Source: Mobula hypostoma (lineage: Eukaryota). From it: DNA of 64,000 nt. Shown piece by piece: positions 59,231 to 64,000 of the stretch. Made by a program: the position numbers and the translations under genes. Every line of letters starts with the position of its first letter. Within the stretch, counting starts at the first letter, position 1. The stretch is taken from NCBI RefSeq assembly GCF_963921235.1, contig NC_086108.1, forward strand, positions 10,602,001-10,666,000, written 5' to 3'. The notes under the pieces were generated by a model. The model had not been told where the DNA came from. It ran no database searches and saw only the letters and a program-made list of their open reading frames with translations.

Positions 59231-59819
59231 AGCTGCATAGACCTGTATGCGGACCAGAGTACCTGCCATGAGCGCTGAGAAGCTTGGCTAAAACTTGTCA
59301 TCCTGTGTTCCAATCAACATCCCACCAGGACGCCTTTCAGTTCTGCTTCGCCCGCCAGCTCCTTCAGTCCTTGCATGAGCTGGATTAGAACCGTGTGCCA
59401 GTCACCAAACACCCATGTTTGAGGAAGGGGACAGCCCTTCCTCAGCAATGTCTCCAAAATGGATTAAGTCATCATTCATCTCCAACTGTGGAAATTGGAA
59501 GTCTAAAATAGAATCAGGAAATACTGGAAATACTGGCAAGATGCAGAATTAACTTTTCAGGTCAACAATTTCTCTTCACAGCTAATTATCCCAGATTTGC
59601 TTTGGAGAAGTGCTGCTGTTGTGACTGACTGTTACAATACTGCATTGATGAATGGGAAATTTTAGGATTCCAGTGTAAGGTCCTGTGCAGAAAGGCTGGC
59701 TCCTGGCTTCAAACTCACACTGTTCAGGCTGGTTAAGTGGCCACAGACTGCAGCCATTACCATCATCTACCAGTTGGTGCAATACTCTACCTACACACAA
59801 GAGATTCTGAAAACACCGA

Positions 59820-60240
59820 ATCTGGGTGTTGCCAGGTCTGGAGGACCTGAGTTGCAAGGAATGATCGAATAGGTTAGGACTTTATACCTTGGAACATAGA
59901 TGATTGAGAGGAGATTTGGTGGAGGTATACAAAATTTTGAAGGTAAGGGTAGGGTAAATGCAAGCAGGCTTTTTCCAGAGGTCATGGGTTAAGAGTGAAA
60001 GGTGAAAAGTTTAAGGGGAACATGAGGGGAAACTTCACTCGGGGGGTGGGTGAGAGTGTGGAATGAGCTGCCAGCATAAGTGGTGCATGCAAGCTGGATT
60101 TGAATGTTTAAGAGAAGTTCGGATAGGTACATGGATGGAAGCGGTATGGAGAACAATGGGATTAGGTAATTTAAATGGTTCTGCACAGTCTAGATGGGCC
60201 AAAGGGCCTGTTTCTGTGCTATATTTTTCTATGATTCTCT
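59820..60240 (+). mobile_element. CR1 3' fragment
   Basis: TTGCCAGGTCTGGAGGACCTGAGT...GTGTGGAATGAGCTGCCAG and (ATTCTCTG)-like tail. Confidence 0.85.
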
Positions 60241-60244
60241 GATT

Positions 60245-60435
60245 CAATGCTGAAAATCCAGCACAACACATAAACAAAATGTTGGAGGAACTCAGCAGGT
60301 CAGGCAACATCCATGGAAATGAACACATCGTCAATCTTTTGGACTGAGACCCTTTGGGCTGAAACATTGACTGTTTGTTCCTTTCCATAGATACTGCCTG
60401 ACCTGCTGATTTCCTCCAGTATTTTATGTGGGTTA
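60245..60435. mobile_element. Older inverted pair of Penelope family A ends
   Basis: TGGAGGAACTCAGCAGGTCAGGCA ... TGCCTGACCTGCTGATTTCCTCCA, with the centre at the hammerhead helix II. Confidence 0.8.
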
Positions 60436-60589
60436 CAATACCCTACCTCCCTTGTCCTCTCTGTGCTCCCTAAGAGCCTGAGCAGAATTAGGCCATTTGG
60501 CCCATCAAGTCTGCTCCACCATTTGTTCCATCGTGGCTGATTTATTATCTCTCAACCCCAATCGCTTGCTTTCAATAGGTTTCAATAAG

Positions 60590-61957
60590 TACATTTAATA
60601 TATTTTATACTTTATTGTCGCCAAACAATTGGTACTAGAACGTAAATCATCGCAGCGATATTTGATTCTGCGCTTCCCACTCCCTGGATTACAAATATTA
60701 AATATTATAAATATTAAAAATAGTTAAAATTAGTAAATATTAAATATTTAAATTATAAATCATAAATAGAAAATAGAAAAATGGGAAGTAAGGTGGTGCA
60801 AAAAAAACGGAGAGGCAGGTCCGGATATTTGGAGGGTACGGCCCAGATCCGGGTCAGGATCCATTCAGCAGTCTTATCACAGTTGGAAAGAAGCTGTTCC
60901 CAAATTTGGCCGTACGAGCCTTCGAGCTCCTGAGCCTTCTCCCAGAGGGAAGAGGGACGAAAAGGTTGTTGGCTGGGTGGGTCTTGTCCTTGATTATCCT
61001 GGCAGCACTGCTCCGACAGCGTGCGGTGTAAAGTGAGTCCACGGACGGAAGATTGGTTTGTGTGATGTGCTGCGCCGTGTTCACAATCTTCTGCAGCTTC
61101 TTTCGGTCTTGGACAGGACATCTTCCATACCAGGTTGTGATGCACCCTAGAAGAATGCTCTCTACGGAGTGAGGGTTTTAGGGGACAGGCCAAATTTCTT
61201 TAGTTTTCTCAGGAAGTAAAGGCGCTGGTGGGCCTTCTTGGCAGTGAACTCTGCTTGATTGGACAAAGTCAGGTCATTTGTGATATTGACCCCGAGGAAC
61301 TTAAAGCTTTTGACCTGTTCCACTTGTGCACCACCGATGTAAATAGGGTCGTGCGGTCCGCTACTCCTTCTGAAGTCAACAACCAATTCCTTTGTCTTGC
61401 TGACGCTGAGGGATAGGTTATTGTCTTCGCACCATGCCACCAGGTTCTTAATTTCCTCTCTGTACTCAAACTCATCATTACCTGAGATACGGCCTACAAT
61501 TGTTGTGTCATCAGCAAACCTATATATTGAGTTTGATGGAAACTTGGCTACACAATCATGGGTGTACAGTGAGTACAGCAGGGGGGCTGAGTACACAGCC
61601 TTGTGGGGCACCGGTGCTCAGAGTGATTGTAGAGGAGAGCTTGTCCCCTATTTTTACAGCCTGGGTCCTGTCTGTGAGGAAGTTGAAAATCCAGCTGCAG
61701 ATCTGAGTGCTAAGGCCCAGGTTCCAGAGCTTAGGAATCAGTTTATTTGGAGTAATGGTATTAAAGGCAGAGCTGTAGTCAATGAAAAGGAGCCTTACTT
61801 ATGCGTCTTTATTCTCCAGGTGTTCTAAGGAGGAATGTAGGGCCAGAGAGATGGCATCTGCCGTTGACCTGTTGCTCCGGTAGGCGAATTGCAAAGCATC
61901 GAGGTTGACCGGTAGGCTGTGGTTGATGTGTGCCATAACCAATCTCTCGAAGCACTT
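60590..61957 (-). mobile_element. Rex1/Babar LINE RT region and 3' end (frameshifted)
   Basis: [11 protein letters not shown]...[26 protein letters not shown]...RFADDTTIVGRI, NSFFPTVIRLLN. Confidence 0.93.
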
Positions 61958-61987
61958 TTGAGAGAAATGTATACAATATACATCCTG

Positions 61988-62400
61988 AAATTTCTCCCCA
62001 TAACCTTTGATGCCCTGACTAATCAAGAACCTATTAACCTTCACCTTAAATACACTCAATGATCTGGCTGCTACAGGCACCTGTGGCAACAAATTCCATA
62101 GATTTATCACCCTCTGGCTAAAGAAATTCTTCCTCATCTCCGCTCTAAACTTACGTCCCTCTATTCTGTGGCTGTTCTCTCTGGTTCTGGACTTCACCAC
62201 TATTGAAAATACCCTCCCCACGTCCACTTGATCTAAGCCTTTCAACATTTGATAGGTTTCAATCAGATTACCCCCTTCATTCTTCTAGACCCCAGTGAGC
62301 CATTAGACTCCTCATACAATAAGTCCTTCCTTTTCAGAATCATTCTTGAGCTCTCTCCAATGTCAGCAAATCCTTTCTCAAATAAGGCTCCCAAAACTGC
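61988..62400 (-). mobile_element. CR1 3' fragment
   Basis: [12 protein letters not shown]...[17 protein letters not shown]. Confidence 0.85.
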
Positions 62401-62979
62401 TCCCGACAATCCCTTGCCAGCAGGGCACGGAGATGTGCCCTGAATACAAACTGCATGATTAAGCTCTTGAAAAGGAAATGGAGTTGTTTTGTTACAGACT
62501 GTCACTTGGATCCCCAGCTCCAGAACAGAACTCCTGATGGAAGTTCTCAGCAATTATCAGAGAAGCCATCGACAGAACCTAGCCTGAGTACCAATGGGCA
62601 TGGTATCAAATGAATGGTTTTAGATTAGAGTCTAAGTGCAATTACAGGACTAAAAGCTATTTTTCAGCAAAGTAGCTGTGTCAGGGAACATTAATATGAT
62701 ATATCAAAGCAATTCCCGACACCTTCAGTATCCCCACGTCTTAGATCTCTCTGTGTAGTACCCAGTAATTGTTTCAGTCCCCACATAGTATCTGTTGGAT
62801 GTCAACATGACTTGGGTTTTAAAGCGTGCCTAGGATTCTGAAATTGCACTGGGAGAACTATTTTAAAAATGCATTCAGGAAGGCAGAGGAAGACAGGCCT
62901 GATTATTTCTCAGAGGAGGAAGGCTCGAGGCTCACAGCGCATACTGTATACAGACTGTTGCTGGTAATACACTGAGCTG

Positions 62980-63245
62980 TTGTTCTCCCAGGTAACAAAC
63001 CCTCGGGTATCAGCTTCCCAGCTGATGCATGCCCTGGTGTCGATGCTTTCAAAGGCAACAGTCCCTCAGAAATCCATTTCCTCTGGAACATGTCTGTTTC
63101 CCAGGTGATGGACACTAAAGTGACCGTGTCCAAGGTAACATCTCTCAGGTGTCTGTTTCCCAGGTGACTGACAGTCAGGTGACCGTATCCTGGGTAACAT
63201 CTCTCAGGGATTTGTAACTCAGGTTATGGACCCTCAGGTGACTCT
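62980..63245. repeat. Degenerate ~29/59-bp tandem repeat
   Basis: 59-bp units at 63091 and 63150 (TGTCTGTTTCCCAGGTGA...GGTAACATCTCTCAGG). Confidence 0.7.
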
Positions 63246-63399
63246 GATCATTGGGAATAGATAATGTCTTCCAGATCACTGCGAGGACACCCTAACCTTA
63301 CATCACAAGATCTGTAAGATCCAAGAAATTGCTGAGATCTTAATTCATACTTTGCTCTCTCAATCCACGATCCAGAGGCCTAGTAATGAATAGGAAAGG

Positions 63400-63620
63400 A
63401 TATGAGTTTGATGCTGTGGTGCTCGCCGAGCTTGGCGATTAGCTTGCAGACGTTTCATCTCCAGTCGAGGAGACATCCCCAGTGCACAGTTGTTGGTGTT
63501 TCAGTCTGGGAGTGCTCACATTTATATAGGCCCCCATTTGCTTGCCTCAGTACAGATTGGCTACCCCTCCGGTTGACCTTTGAATTCTATTGGCTCGCAT
63601 TTCTTTGGTCTTTAGGGATA
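63400..63620 (-). mobile_element. Solo pseudo-LTR of Penelope family B (CCAAT, TATA, hammerhead)
   Basis: Colinear with 41575-41790. The minus strand reads AGCCAAT twice, then CCTATATAAATG, then the hammerhead. Confidence 0.75.
63445..63486 (-). ncRNA. Minimal hammerhead motif family B (A6>G core mutation)
   Basis: TGCA CTGGGGA T GTCTCC TCGACT GGAGAT GAAAC GTC TGCA. Confidence 0.7.
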
Positions 63621-64000
63621 TGAGTGCTACGAGTGGATAAGTCGTGACTTATTTTGAGAACCTTCTTGAGCAACACACACAAGATGCTGGAGGAACTCAG
63701 CAGATCAGACAGCATCCATGGAAATGAATAAACAGTCGACGCTTCAGGTCTTGCGAAGCTCTTGCCATATGGGCGATGAAGTCAAATTCCTGGTCTGCGT
63801 TACCAATATTGAACTCCCAGCATGCTCCTGTACAATGGACCATGGGATTTTCCTCTGGATTTCCTGTTCTGCGTGTGGGAGTTTAACATCTTCACTTGAG
63901 TTTGTGGGAATGGGGAGAGTATGAAATCTTTAGAAAGCCACGTGGCATCAGGGAAGGCGTGGAGAAAATTTGTAGGAAACAGCTTGGATTAGAGAGCATG

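Noticed and set aside
61799..62248. Apparent CR1-Rex1 fusion ORF
   Set aside because: A chance in-frame junction of two adjacent truncated LINEs.

Overview
This is vertebrate genomic DNA, most likely from a cartilaginous fish (probably a ray). The inference rests on the repeat mix of HE1-like V-SINEs, CR1, Rex1/Babar and Penelope-like elements. I found no convincing host exon, so the window reads as intergenic or deep-intronic. It is dominated by nested transposon relics: young and old CR1 LINEs, Rex1/Babar-type LINE 3' ends, a Mag-clade Gypsy relic with a solo LTR, and hAT, Tc1, mariner and Chapaev3 DNA-transposon derivatives. It also holds a 24-bp satellite with a 12-mer higher-order repeat, a ~1-kb CA tract and short unique islands that may be enhancers. 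The most notable signal is two distinct families of minimal hammerhead-ribozyme motifs at the 3' ends of Penelope-like (GIY-YIG) retroelements. One family shows stem-II covariation and an upstream CCAAT/TATA arrangement. The other inserts repeatedly as tail-outward inverted pairs, two of them with target-site duplications (TSDs), including a near-perfect hairpin with ~117-bp arms and an intact ribozyme on each strand. Family assignments come from recognised motifs, not database searches. Boundaries of old repeats are approximate.
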